Of a DNA stretch of 64,000 bases, positions 18,801 to 26,599 are shown in pieces. The notes under the pieces were generated by a model. The model saw only the letters and a list, made by a program, of their open reading frames with translations. It did not search any database and had not been told where the DNA came from. The stretch lies in contig OZ241875.1 of NCBI GenBank assembly GCA_965203325.1, forward strand, positions 2,816,001 to 2,880,000, read 5' to 3'. Source of the DNA: a bacterium. Its GTDB lineage: Bacteria > UBA8248. Both the position numbers and the translations under genes were made by a program. Position 1 is the stretch's first letter; each line of letters opens with the position of its first letter.

Positions 18801-20264
18801 CCCGTCTTCCGCCACCGGCTCGGGTAGTGACACGGTGATCGGCAGTGCGGAACCCACGGGTTCAACCATGGAGCCGGCGGTGGAATCCCCCTCCGATTCT
18901 TCGTATCTTTCCACGACGATGTGCGCGTTCGTGCCCGACCAGCCGAACCCGCTTACCCCCGCCCTCGGGGGATGATCGGGATGGCGCGGCCACTCCGTCG
19001 CCTCCGCCGTCACCTGCAGGGACATTTGTTCCCAGTCCACCGCCGGAGTGGGTTCCTGGAAGTGAAGGTGTTTGGGAATCACCCCTTGCTTCAGGGCCAG
19101 CGCCGTCTTGATCACGCCTGCGACCCCCGCCGCAGACTCCAAGTGACCGATGTTCGTCTTCACCGAGCCGATCAGGAGCGGGCGGTCCGCATCGCGGCCC
19201 TTGCCGTAAGCTGCCGCCGCCGCTTCCAGCTCGATGGGGTCGCCCACCTCCGTTCCCGTCCCGTGCGCTTCGAGGTAATCCACTTCATGGGGCCTGATTC
19301 CGGCTTGCGCGAGCGCATCCGCTATCACTCGTTCCTGCGCTGGGCCGCTCGGCACCGTCAGCCCCGGACTCGCGCCGTCCTGGTTGATGGCCGACCCGCG
19401 AATGACGCCCCAGATGCGGTCGCCGTCCGCTTCCGCCTCTGCGAGCCGTTTGAGCGCCACGATCCCGCAGCCCTCGCCCCGTACGTACCCGTTCGCGGCG
19501 GCGTCGAACGTCGCGCACCGCCCGTCGGGCGAGAGCATCCCGGCGTTGCCGCGCAACTCCAGCAGGCGGCCCGAGAGGATCGTGTGCACCCCTCCCGCCA
19601 GGGCCAGATCCGCCTCCCCCCGCTGTAGGCCCGCCACCGCCTGGTGGATCGCGACCAGCGATGAGGAGCAGGCGGTGTCCAGCGCGATCGCCGGCCCCTC
19701 GAATCCCAGCGCGAAGGCGACCCGTCCGACGGCCGTGTTGAATGAAGTGCCGCTCACCGTATACAGGCTCGTGGCGGGTTCCGCGGTATCGCTGACCTCC
19801 ATGATCAGGCTGCGGTATTCGTTGTTGCTGACGCCTCCGTATACGCCGGTGCGGCTGCCCCTGAGCCGTTTCGGGTCCATCCCCGCATCCTCGAGCGCCT
19901 GCCAGCTCGTCTCCAGCATGAGCCGCTGCTGGGGATCCAGGAGTTGGGCCTCGACTGGCGAAATGCGGAAAAACGCGGCGTCGAACCGGTCGATCTCGTC
20001 GAGATAGGCGCCGAAGCGGCAGGCCGGGCTCTGGATTTCGGCGTCGGGGAACAGCACGCCCACGCGCCCGATGCCTGAACCCGGAACGCCCTCGGTCACC
20101 GCGTTCTCTCCGGCCTCGAGCAGACGCCAGAAGGCCGGAATGCCGACGGCATTGGGAAAGCGGCACGCCATGCCCACAATCGCTATGGGATCTCCTCGCC
20201 GGGAAGCTTCCGGCGCGCCGACGTCAGATCCCTCGGAAGGATCGAAATTTCCGTCCGCGTTCAT
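9888..20264 (-). CDS. supA: Type I PKS/FAS, KS-AT-DH-cMT-ER-KR-ACP-KS-AT(inactive), SupA-type
   Basis: KS1 DTACSSS/HGTGT/NIGHLE; AT1 GHSVG, QAFHS; DH HRVFGRVIAP; MT VIEVGAGTG; ER LIHAGAGGVG; KR TGGLGGIG; ACP GMDSL; KS2 DMTCASS; AT2 GARAG. Domain order and downstream ACP-PPTase-hydrolase-permease match the sup operon. Alternative TTG start at 20279. Confidence 0.9.
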   Translation of the reverse strand: MNADGNFDPSEGSDVGAPEASRRGDPIAIVGMACRFPNAVGIPAFWRLLEAGENAVTEGVPGSGIGRVGVLFPDAEIQSPACRFGAYLDEIDRFDAAFFRISPVEAQLLDPQQRLMLETSWQALEDAGMDPKRLRGSRTGVYGGVSNNEYRSLIMEVSDTAEPATSLYTVSGTSFNTAVGRVAFALGFEGPAIALDTACSSSLVAIHQAVAGLQRGEADLALAGGVHTILSGRLLELRGNAGMLSPDGRCATFDAAANGYVRGEGCGIVALKRLAEAEADGDRIWGVIRGSAINQDGASPGLTVPSGPAQERVIADALAQAGIRPHEVDYLEAHGTGTEVGDPIELEAAAAAYGKGRDADRPLLIGSVKTNIGHLESAAGVAGVIKTALALKQGVIPKHLHFQEPTPAVDWEQMSLQVTAEATEWPRHPDHPPRAGVSGFGWSGTNAHIVVERYEESEGDSTAGSMVEPVGSALPITVSLPEPVAEDGHIERETRLLPLSGKSEGALRDLAGRYLSWLDGRGEELASQSAASEPLLSDMAWTAGVGRSHFTHRAGLLFGDAKRLRERLSALAEGAEAPEARTTTKVAFLFTGQGSQWVGMGRDLYETEPVARAVLARCEEVVRAERGASLLDVMFGRGGGDLYDTVWAQPAIYALECAVTALWASLEVRPDVVVGHSVGEFGAAHTAGVFGLEDGMRAVMGRSEILSSVPEAGTMAAVFAPYTRVEAAVREYNEAAGSERLAIAARNGAHQVLSGQVSAVEAVSERFESEEVRVRPIHTSQAFHSPLVEPALDALEELFGGIEIAPPSLTTLVSNVTGRVVEPDEILGGAYWRRHAREAVAFDLGVRALANLGVDLVVEVGPHAVLGPMLSLTWPGPDEGADAAGVGIEAPLVLSSLQRPSQDEEKPADELEAGFMSAVAGAYEAGVDLSFEGLFAGETRRRISLPGYPFQRERYWVEGPKRRRQSAGHPLLGERHESAGGEITFETEVLPSDPAWMNDHRVFGRVIAPGALYGAMAISASTAEGSGTMLIEEMQFHNALIFGEEDSENGGDGREVQVLLEAPGEEPSRLVRIFSKGEAEEGWTLHAECRAPSEAGGRQSAEQIDLESLKAALSPEDVPAYYRAKAAVGIDLGPSFRTLGSVWSRAGEALGEVCWPEALGENALDVHPLLLDGCSQVMGAARNPGGAEDGITYLPFGWERLWLAEKLPDRLLCHVRMREAPKSQEPDAETGGSQEVFVADFLLCDENGTLIGELSGFMVKRATRAALLSAVEGLDDLLYEVVWRDSALPPGIQPADFLPSPVEVAERWEPFSSYLAAEGVDAEMRPAVLADLSCMARHFALAALEKLGWERKAGEAVDSEDLRERLGVQDQHSQLFRRMLELLERVGVLKSEGEGFLVAVGAGEPLPEGMPGDPEEFAAGVIERYAYASNEIGLFRRSAGALAEVLRGEEDPLSLLFGSGEPSAADLYFKAPVWRAANLMLRDAIRTLVAGLPDGRRLRVIEVGAGTGSATESVLPELPEGRFDYTYTDISAGFFAQAEGLFGDGGGCIEYRVLDIEKDPVEQGFDSHGYDLVIASNVLHATRYLEETLTHCRSLLAPSGHLVALENLCGQDWLDMTFGQLDGWWRFSDDCRPTYALAGPDVWRQSLDAAGFEGVEILGLGWGDSVEMPDRGVILAQLSEEVAERPGAWVLAADRGGAAEELAEELASRNQTVVLASEAGSADGGPADEKSGVIHTTLEMDSRESWGALLEGLPEDPPLSGVVHLAALDGHGPGATTAEMAEDVKRVGASALALAQAMSDADAAPGKGFWFLTRGAQVLERERGGELAGAVLWGFGKALARETSQMQPKMLDLDPEPTAPPVDLANELLYPDTENQIVHRGNRRRVARLVRAGEGAERLTLPEEPDWLLGVDEDGALSGLQAESPPLEPREVRVAVEAAGLNFWDVFAALGLIDEKFLGTEMCGHILEVGSEVSSVSVGDRVVGVKRGARGMFGPESVTHEELVAPAPADLPAAALATMPTVFLSAALSYELAGLKAGDRVLIHAGAGGVGLAAIQLAQAAGAEVFATASAPKQAYLRSLGVAHVFDSRQTKFGEEILEATGGEGVDLILNSLTAEGFIDASLSCLAQGGRFVELAARDILSEEEMAAVRPDVTYHIVKLDAMKDDEPERPGALLKGIMARLAAGELTPLIHTRWPLAEARRAVEFMRDGRHIGKIVFTNSPLTRGRLREDRTYLVTGGLGGIGCAVADWLADRGAGAIVLNGRRPPDPEVEEAVESLRKRGFTVRVELADVTDPDAVDEMLARMDADLPPLGGVIHSVGVLSDGALGNQSWERFEGVLWPKVLGAWHLHRATEDRDLDMFVLFSSAAGVLGNPGQSNHSAANAFLDQLAAHRRALGLPGQAIAWGAWSEIGEAAEQRERISQSITATGIDWMTPQQGLRAFDRLVREDAANSMVLARDWSVFEKTLDNIPPFFEDLLSRAQDAEDDSPALADDLIARLGETPAAERESLLVSFLQQELQAVLRLPSAPEPTVGFFDLGMDSLMAVELRNRLNRAFADAYTAPNTVVFDYPDIAVLARHLAEELGDVGPAPAPQAQPEPERRPAVRREEEQIAVVGMACRFPGAPDIAAFWRLLEAGVDAVTDGRRGTGPWGGVAGDPAAEKDFYRQGGFIEGIDQFDAKFFGIRPIEARLMDPRQRLLLETTWQVLEDAGIDPAPLKGTRTGAYVGLGVSEYRDLVVAGGLDDSHIGNAPSVAIGRIAFAFGLMGPAVPLDMTCASSLVAVHQAAAALREGEVDLALAGGVHAVLSPPVSKFMAEFGMLSPSGRCRTFDADADGYVRGEGCGMVVMKRLSDAETDGDRIWGLVQGSAVNQNGASAALTVPNGTAQEQVLEDALSRSGFSPSEVDYLEVHATGSQLGDPIEVRASAAVYGRDRAPDRPLLLGTVKTNIGHLESAAGIAGLIKVLLAMKHGVIPKHLHFDDPNPHMDWDALPVRVTSEATAWPLVSDRPRRAGVSAFALSGTNAHVLVEGYGAPEEDSVAEAGRGSPAGSAQPVSVTLPDSVPKSQAAEGLRPRRTRLLPLSGKSGDALRESAERYLSWLDECAGELSAEGAAAEPLLSDMAWTAAVGRSHFAHRAGVAFEDAASLREGLGALAESDELPKPQTAARVAFAYAGEDDIRTGMGQELYESEPVARAVLDRCDEVLRVERGASLLDVMFDREGELDDPAWAQPAAFALECALTALWSSIGIRPNVVFGARAGEIAAAHAAGVFTLEEGLRFAARRGALMEAVSREEGAEAALYDLETALEGVVTALPSLTLVNQVTGRALNSGETMDGAYWRRQASEPAAFEGCAKTLAESGVEVVVEIGPDAAFVPQVLSAWPDLSGDAGASENGAAPPVVLSSLNRTSERGVGFVEAVARTYEAGLTLDFAGLFAGEERRRISLPGYPFQRRRFWFEAP

Positions 20265-20341
20265 CAATTTCTCCCTCAAGTTCAGATTTCTCCCGGCAAA
20301 TACCCCGCCACGCCGTCATCACATCGCTCTGGAACGAATCC

Positions 20342-20371
20342 ATCATATAGCGCACCCACAGGGCGGCTCAA
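20342..20371 (-). promoter_or_regulatory. Putative sigma70 promoter of the PKS operon
   Basis: Minus strand TTGAGC-N18-TATGAT about 80 bp upstream of the PKS start. Confidence 0.35.
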
Positions 20372-20724
20372 CAATTTTTTTCCCGGCTGAATAAATTGCC
20401 GATTAAAAGCGCCCGGCGGCAATGCTTCGGAAACGGTGATTGCGCTTCAGGTTTCCATGAAGTGCGCGGCGGGCCGGAGGTTCGTCTCTTGTTTTTCCCG
20501 ACAGGTCTTTTTTCTTCCTTCCTGTATTGGAACCCTGGCAAGGGGGCAGGGGAGTTGTTCTCGGGATGCGCGGAGATGCGCCGGGGCGGGTGGACGACAG
20601 TGGGTGTGATTTCGTGGAGGCAGGCTCTGGAATCACCCCTCCGTTCGCTCAAAGTGAAAAAAGGTTTCGAAAAGGCGAAAAACGGATGCTACAATGAGGC
20701 GTTTTCACCGAAAAGGAGCGCACC

Positions 20725-22167
20725 TTGGAGAGAAGCCTGTTTGACCGGACAGAAGACGACGATAGCGGAGCGCAATCACCCCGAGTCGATCCGGGGGCGC
20801 CTTTGGCCGAGCGCATGCGTCCCCGAACGCTCGATGAGGTCTTGGGTCAGGATCACCTCATCGGCCCGGGCCGCGTGTTGAGGCGCGCCGTGGAGGAAGA
20901 TTCCTTGCGCCCGCTCATCTTCTGGGGGCCGCCCGGCACGGGCAAGACGACGCTTGCGCGCATCATCGCGGGAAAGACGAACGCGCACTTCATCACGCTG
21001 AGCGCGGTGCTCCACGGAGTGAAGGAGTTGCGCGCCGCCGTGGACGAGGCGAAGCGCATGCGGCTGAGAAAGGTGCGGACGATTCTGTTCATCGACGAGA
21101 TTCACCGCTTCAACAAGGCCCAGCAGGACGGCCTCCTGCCCCACGTGGAAAACGGCACGCTGACGCTCATCGGCGCCACGACGGAAAATCCCTCTTTCGA
21201 GGTCATACCGCCCCTGCTCTCCCGCGCGCGCGTTTTCGTGCTCGAGGGATTGAAGGAAGAGCACATTGTTGCACTGCTCCGCCGCGCCCTGGAGGATGCC
21301 GAACGCGGACTTGGGGCCTTGAAACTGGATGCGGAAGAAGACGCCCTGCGCCGCGTCGCGGTACTCAGCAGCGGAGATGCGCGCTCCGCCTTGAACATCC
21401 TGGAAGCCGCGGCCGCTCTCGCCGGCGAGAACCGCCGTATCGACTCCAAGCTGGTGGGCGAGGCCGCCCAGCGCAAGACGCTGCTCTACGACAAGGCGGG
21501 CGAGGAGCACTACAACCTCATCTCGGCCCTCCACAAGACCTTGCGGGCTTCCGACCCCGACGCCGCCCTCTACTGGCTCGCGCGCATGCTCGAAGGCGGC
21601 GAGGACCCCATGTACATCCTGAGGCGTCTCGTGCGCTTCGCCTCGGAAGACGTCGGCATGGCGGACCCGAACGCGCTCGCCGTGGCGACCGCCGCCCAGG
21701 GGGCGTTCCACTTCATCGGGCTCCCCGAGGGGAAGCTCGCCATCGCGCAGGCGGTGGTCTATCTCGCCCAGGCGCCCAAGAGCGATGCGGTCTACCGGGG
21801 CTTCGGGGCCGCCGAGCGCGCCGTGCGCGAGCGCGACGCCGCGCCCGTCCCGCATCATTTGAGGAACGCGCCGACCGGCCTGATGCGCGACCTGGGCTAC
21901 GGGGAGGGCTACAAGCACGCGCACGAGTTCGACGACGCGGTCGTGGAGATGGAGGGCATGCCCGAAGGGCTGCAGGGGACGCGGTTTTACCACCCCACCT
22001 CCCGGGGATTCGAGGCGGAGGTCCAGAAGAGGCTCGCCATGCGCGAGGAGATACTGAACGAACGCCTGGGCGAGCGCCTGAACGTGCCCGATGAACGGTC
22101 CATGGACGACCGCCGCCCTTCCGACCCCGCCATGCCGGGAAGAAGGGCGCGAAGGAAGGATAGGTGA
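20725..22167 (+). CDS. rarA: Replication-associated recombination protein A (MgsA/RarA AAA+ ATPase)
   Basis: [49 protein letters not shown]. Confidence 0.95.
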   Translation: MERSLFDRTEDDDSGAQSPRVDPGAPLAERMRPRTLDEVLGQDHLIGPGRVLRRAVEEDSLRPLIFWGPPGTGKTTLARIIAGKTNAHFITLSAVLHGVKELRAAVDEAKRMRLRKVRTILFIDEIHRFNKAQQDGLLPHVENGTLTLIGATTENPSFEVIPPLLSRARVFVLEGLKEEHIVALLRRALEDAERGLGALKLDAEEDALRRVAVLSSGDARSALNILEAAAALAGENRRIDSKLVGEAAQRKTLLYDKAGEEHYNLISALHKTLRASDPDAALYWLARMLEGGEDPMYILRRLVRFASEDVGMADPNALAVATAAQGAFHFIGLPEGKLAIAQAVVYLAQAPKSDAVYRGFGAAERAVRERDAAPVPHHLRNAPTGLMRDLGYGEGYKHAHEFDDAVVEMEGMPEGLQGTRFYHPTSRGFEAEVQKRLAMREEILNERLGERLNVPDERSMDDRRPSDPAMPGRRARRKDR

Positions 22168-22214
22168 GGGAGGACTATTCCATAAGCAATTCTCTAGTGA
22201 AGGCGATTTTCTTT

Positions 22215-22234
22215 CGTCATTCCGGCGAATGACG
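22215..22234. repeat. CGTC-type REP-like hairpin
   Basis: CGTCATTC-CGGC-GAATGACG between convergent rarA and pyrF. Confidence 0.4.
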
Positions 22235-22293
22235 GCTCTTTGAGCGAACTCTACCAATCAGGGAAGAATAATCTTCACTGTGGCGGCCAACTT

Positions 22294-22321
22294 GTAGGGA
22301 CAGGTCGCGACCTGTCCCTAC
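22294..22321. repeat. GTAG-type REP palindrome
   Basis: Perfect palindrome GTAGGGACAGGTCGCGACCTGTCCCTAC; near-identical copy at 63871. Confidence 0.75.
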
Positions 22322-22390
22322 GATAACAGTCTCGCATCTCCTGACTGCTGGCAAACAATATCCCACCAAGAAGGTGTGTTTCCTGAAAGA

Positions 22391-23170
22391 CTAACCCGCC
22401 GCCGAGACGGACCTCCTGGATTCGAGCGCTTCGTCCATCTCTACGATAATCGCCTTCGCCGCGCCGAACGGCTCGTCGCTTTTCGTGATGGGCCTGCCCA
22501 CGACGAGATAGTCCGAACCCATGCGGATGGCATCCGCCGGCGTGGTGATTCGTTTGTGATCATCAGACGCGGCCCACGTCGGCCGGACTCCGGGGCTCAC
22601 GATATCGGCGTTCGGGAACCTTTCCCGGCAGGCCTTGATGGCGTCGCCTGAAACGATCAACCCGTCACAACCCTCATTGAGCAGCTTCTCTCCCCGGTCG
22701 AGGATGTATTGCGTCGAATCCGCGCCTTTTATCCCTTCGCTTCGCAGATCATCATCGCTCAGACTCGAAAGAAGCGGCACCATCAGGAGCTTGGGGTGCG
22801 CCGCATCCCCGCGGGTTTTGAGCGCGGTTTGAATCGTCCTGGTCGTCATGGCGTAAGGCATGGACTCGGTGAGCGTGATGAACCTGACGTTAAGCGCCAT
22901 GCAGCCCTCGATGAACCCGGCTATCGTGTTGCCGATGTCTCCCGAGAGCTTGAGATCGACGAACACCCCGCCTTCGCCTGCGCGGCGCTCCTGAAGCTCC
23001 TTGATGAACCCGAGCAGGTCCCCCGCCAGAAACAATTCGAGCCCGACCTTGAAGAAAGAGACGTTCTCGAGTTTTTCGACCAGCCCGAGCGCTTCCTCGT
23101 GCGCCGGCACGTCCAGCGCAACGATGAGGCGGTCCTTGCCGCTCAGGTTCGCCGCGGGTCTCTTCCCCAT
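22391..23170 (-). CDS. pyrF: Orotidine 5'-phosphate decarboxylase (divergent)
   Basis: RLIVALD, FFKVGLELF, DLKLSGDIGNT, SPGVRP, DDHKR, VVGRPI; start moved to ATG 23170. Confidence 0.85.
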   Translation of the reverse strand: MGKRPAANLSGKDRLIVALDVPAHEEALGLVEKLENVSFFKVGLELFLAGDLLGFIKELQERRAGEGGVFVDLKLSGDIGNTIAGFIEGCMALNVRFITLTESMPYAMTTRTIQTALKTRGDAAHPKLLMVPLLSSLSDDDLRSEGIKGADSTQYILDRGEKLLNEGCDGLIVSGDAIKACRERFPNADIVSPGVRPTWAASDDHKRITTPADAIRMGSDYLVVGRPITKSDEPFGAAKAIIVEMDEALESRRSVSAAG

Positions 23171-23400
23171 CGACGCTCCTCCTGTTTTCTCGGGCGGGTA
23201 ATTCAGCAATTCATATGCGAAATCGCAAAGCCCTTATCTTATATTTTCCGAGGGAAATCAAAGGCTCATCCTTGATGCTGTGAAAGCCTGGTAAGGTCTG
23301 GTGTCAAGGGTTGCCCCGAACAGCCGGATACTTGAAAATCAGGAAAAACAACCCCCTGAAATGCCTCCTGAACAACCTGGCAGGCAATCTTTTCGTCTAG

Positions 23401-23799
<399 letters not shown>

Positions 23800-23878
23800 T
23801 GAATCGCCCTGCCGGATTCCTCGCCAGAGGGGGTTGTCGAAAAGAATTTCTCAATGAGGGAGTAACCCCCCAACCCCC

Positions 23879-24748
23879 CTAGCGAAACAACTCTATCTCG
23901 GCTTCCGCCTCTCCGTGGTAGACGGCCTTTGCCTTGAGCAGATCGTCGAGCACCAGCTTTTTGTCGCGCGGGTTTCTCAAGAGATACGCGGGATGGTACG
24001 TCGATAGGCAGGGGACTCCCTGGTAGCGCCCGAATTTGCCCCGCAGCCTGCCGATGGGCGTCTTCGTCTGGAGAAGCCACTGCGCGGCGAATTTTCCGAG
24101 CGCTAGGATGAGCCTGGGCTGGATGATGGCGAGTTGCTTGTGGAGATACGGCTCGCAGCAGTCTATCTCGTCCGGCTCGGGGTTGCGGTTGCCCGGCGGG
24201 CGGCATTTCAGGATGTTGCAGATGTAGACCTCCTGGCGCGGGACTTCGATGACGTTTTCGATCATCTTGGTCAGCATCTGGCCCGCGCGGCCCACGAAGG
24301 GAATCCCCTCCGCGTCTTCGTTTGCTCCCGGCGCTTCGCCGACGATGACGAGGTTCGCCGCCGGGTTCCCCACCCCGAACACGAGGTTCGTCCGGCCCGC
24401 TCCGAGCTTGCACCGCAAACAGCCGTCCACGGCGGCCTGGAGTTGGTCGAGCGACATCTCCGCTTCGGGGTCGAAGGGAAGCGGCGGCGGCTCGGGGCCG
24501 GGGTCTCTGCGTTTCGCCATGGGAGCCAGGGTAGGTGAAGATACGGGTGCTGCTTCAGGAATCAGGGCCTGCTGCTCGGGGTTGGGCGCGATTTCGGTTT
24601 CATGCGCTTGTGCGGGCGGGGCCGCCACCGGATGCGCCGTCTCGGGAAGCGTCTCCTGCGGAGTTCCCAGAGTCACGTAACCGATACCTGCGGCTCGCTG
24701 GTTTTGCAGATGCACCAGTAATTCTCTGGCGAGCTCAGAACGGTTCAT
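23879..24748 (-). CDS. Uracil-DNA glycosylase family 4 (4Fe-4S) with Pro-rich N-terminal linker
   Basis: CLRCKL, VGEAPGANED, PFVGRAG, KCRPPGNRNP, TYHPAYLLR; start at MNRSEL (24748), not 25189. Confidence 0.92.
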   Translation of the reverse strand: MNRSELARELLVHLQNQRAAGIGYVTLGTPQETLPETAHPVAAPPAQAHETEIAPNPEQQALIPEAAPVSSPTLAPMAKRRDPGPEPPPLPFDPEAEMSLDQLQAAVDGCLRCKLGAGRTNLVFGVGNPAANLVIVGEAPGANEDAEGIPFVGRAGQMLTKMIENVIEVPRQEVYICNILKCRPPGNRNPEPDEIDCCEPYLHKQLAIIQPRLILALGKFAAQWLLQTKTPIGRLRGKFGRYQGVPCLSTYHPAYLLRNPRDKKLVLDDLLKAKAVYHGEAEAEIELFR

Positions 24749-24782
24749 CGTCTTGGACCGGCGGGCGCTTCGGAAATAGGAT

Positions 24783-26021
24783 TCAGGTGTTGATACTCTG
24801 CCACATTTTGGCGAGGCGGTCGAGGATGCGCCCCGCCAGAATCCCTTTTTCGAGGACGGGGAGCGCTTCCGTCGCGTTTGAGTCGATGATCCAGGCGCGC
24901 GAGGCGTCCGCACCCATCGCGTCCTCATTGCCCGAGACCCTGTTCGCCACGATGAGGTCCAGCCTTTTTCGCGCGAGCTTCTCCTTCGCGCGATCGACCA
25001 CATCATCAGTCTCGGCGGCGAAGCCGACGAGGATTCTGTCTCCCTTTTCGCTTGAGAGCTCGGCGAGTATGTCCGTCGTCCGTTCGAGTTCCACCGCAAG
25101 AGGCGCGTCGCCTTTTTTGCGCTTCTGGGCCGATGGGTCGACTGGGCGGTAGTCCGCCACGGCGGCGGCCATGACGAGGGCGTGCGCATCCGCCCATTCG
25201 CTCTTCACCGCCTCGTACATCTCGGCGGCGGACTCCACGCGGACGACGCGCACTCCCGGCGGGTCGGCAAGAGCGGCAGGGCCGCTTACCAGAACGGCGT
25301 CCGCGCCGCGCCTCGCGGCCTCTCCCGCGATAGCGAAGCCCATCTTGCCGCTTGAGCGGTTCGAGAGATAACGCACGGCGTCCCATCTCTCCCGCGTGGG
25401 ACCCGCCGTGACCACCAGCTTCATGCCCGAAAGGTCCGGCTCGGGAAGCAGAATCCGGCGGGCGGCGAGAAGAATCTCCCCCGGCTCGGGCATGCGCCCC
25501 CGGCCGGTTCCCTCCTCGGCGCGTGCCATGCGTCCCACGCCCGGCGCCATGACGACGTGGCCCCTCTCGCGCAGGACGGCGACGTTCTCCTGAACGGCGG
25601 GCGAAGCCCACATGCGCGGGTTCATCGCGGGGGCGACGAGGGTGGGCGGCCTGGCGGAGAGCAAGAGCGTGGAGAGAAAATCATCCCCCACCCCTTGCGC
25701 GAATTTCCCGATGATGTTCGCCGTGGCCGGCGCGATGATGATGAGGTCTGCGCTCTCCGTCAGGGAGATGTGCGGCATGTCACCCGTGGATCCGCCCCCC
25801 TCGATGGGGAACATTTTTTGGATGGGCGTCACCCCCGTGAGCACCTCGAAGGGCAGCGGCTGCACGAACGAGGCGGCGCTCTCCGTCAGGACCGTCTGCA
25901 CGTCGGCGCCGTCCAGGACGAGCAGGCGCGCCAGGTCTATCGATTTATACGAGGCGATGCCGCCGGACACGCCGAGGACGGTTTTTTTGCCGGAAAGGGG
26001 GGCCGGGGCATTTTCGCTCAC
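24783..26021 (-). CDS. coaBC: Phosphopantothenoylcysteine decarboxylase/synthetase
   Basis: GVSGGIASYK, APATAN, PAMN, TAGPTRE, SNRSSGKMG, AAVADY, VGFAAET. Confidence 0.96.
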   Translation of the reverse strand: MSENAPAPLSGKKTVLGVSGGIASYKSIDLARLLVLDGADVQTVLTESAASFVQPLPFEVLTGVTPIQKMFPIEGGGSTGDMPHISLTESADLIIIAPATANIIGKFAQGVGDDFLSTLLLSARPPTLVAPAMNPRMWASPAVQENVAVLRERGHVVMAPGVGRMARAEEGTGRGRMPEPGEILLAARRILLPEPDLSGMKLVVTAGPTRERWDAVRYLSNRSSGKMGFAIAGEAARRGADAVLVSGPAALADPPGVRVVRVESAAEMYEAVKSEWADAHALVMAAAVADYRPVDPSAQKRKKGDAPLAVELERTTDILAELSSEKGDRILVGFAAETDDVVDRAKEKLARKRLDLIVANRVSGNEDAMGADASRAWIIDSNATEALPVLEKGILAGRILDRLAKMWQSINT

Positions 26022-26599
26022 GGGGAATCGACCTCCCCGCGATGCAAAAGGATTATTTTTTTGAGTTCGCAGAATGCGGCGTCCAGGTCGTCGTTGATGA
26101 TGACGTGATCGTACCGGTGGCTTTGCGCCATCTCTTCTTCGGCTCTCGAGAGCCGGAACTCGACGTCCTCCCCGGTTTCAGACGCCCGGTGCGCGAGGCG
26201 TTTGGCCAACTCGTCCAGCGAGGGCGGCATGACGAATATGAGGCTCGCTTCGGCTCGCTTCTGCTTGACCTGCAGGGCGCCCTGGACGTCGAGGTCCATG
26301 ATCACGTCATCTCCCCCGGCCAGATGCGTGTCGACCGCCTCTGCGGGCGTTCCGTAGCATTCCTCGAAAACCCGCGCCCATTCGAGAAGCTCGTTTCCGG
26401 CGATCATCTCCTCGAACCGCGTCTGTTCCATGAAATAATAATGAACCCCGTCCTGTTCATAGTCGCGCCTCGGACGCGTGGTCGCGCTTATCGAGTGCCA
26501 GATGTCGGGCAGTTCCCGGCAGGAGCGGTCGATGAGCGTGGATTTGCCCGCCCCCGAGGGTGCGGAGAGAACGAAGAGATGGCCCCGGCTTCCCATCAT
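26018..26599 (-). CDS. gmk: Guanylate kinase
   Basis: SAPSGAGKST, SATTRPRR, YGTP, DLDVQGA. Confidence 0.96.
   Translation of the reverse strand: MMGSRGHLFVLSAPSGAGKSTLIDRSCRELPDIWHSISATTRPRRDYEQDGVHYYFMEQTRFEEMIAGNELLEWARVFEECYGTPAEAVDTHLAGGDDVIMDLDVQGALQVKQKRAEASLIFVMPPSLDELAKRLAHRASETGEDVEFRLSRAEEEMAQSHRYDHVIINDDLDAAFCELKKIILLHRGEVDSP

Noticed and set aside
10273..20166. Long alternative-frame ORFs over the PKS (e.g. 11193..13604 +, 13629..15803 +)
   Set aside because: Antisense shadows of a GC-rich gene; Arg/Pro-rich and without motifs.
20400..20720. ncRNA or riboswitch between the PKS and rarA
   Set aside because: No recognisable family motif; short ORFs here lack RBS and motifs.
24749..25189. 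N-terminal extension of UDG in the 436-aa ORF call
   Set aside because: Overlaps coaBC in another frame; real start is most likely 24748.
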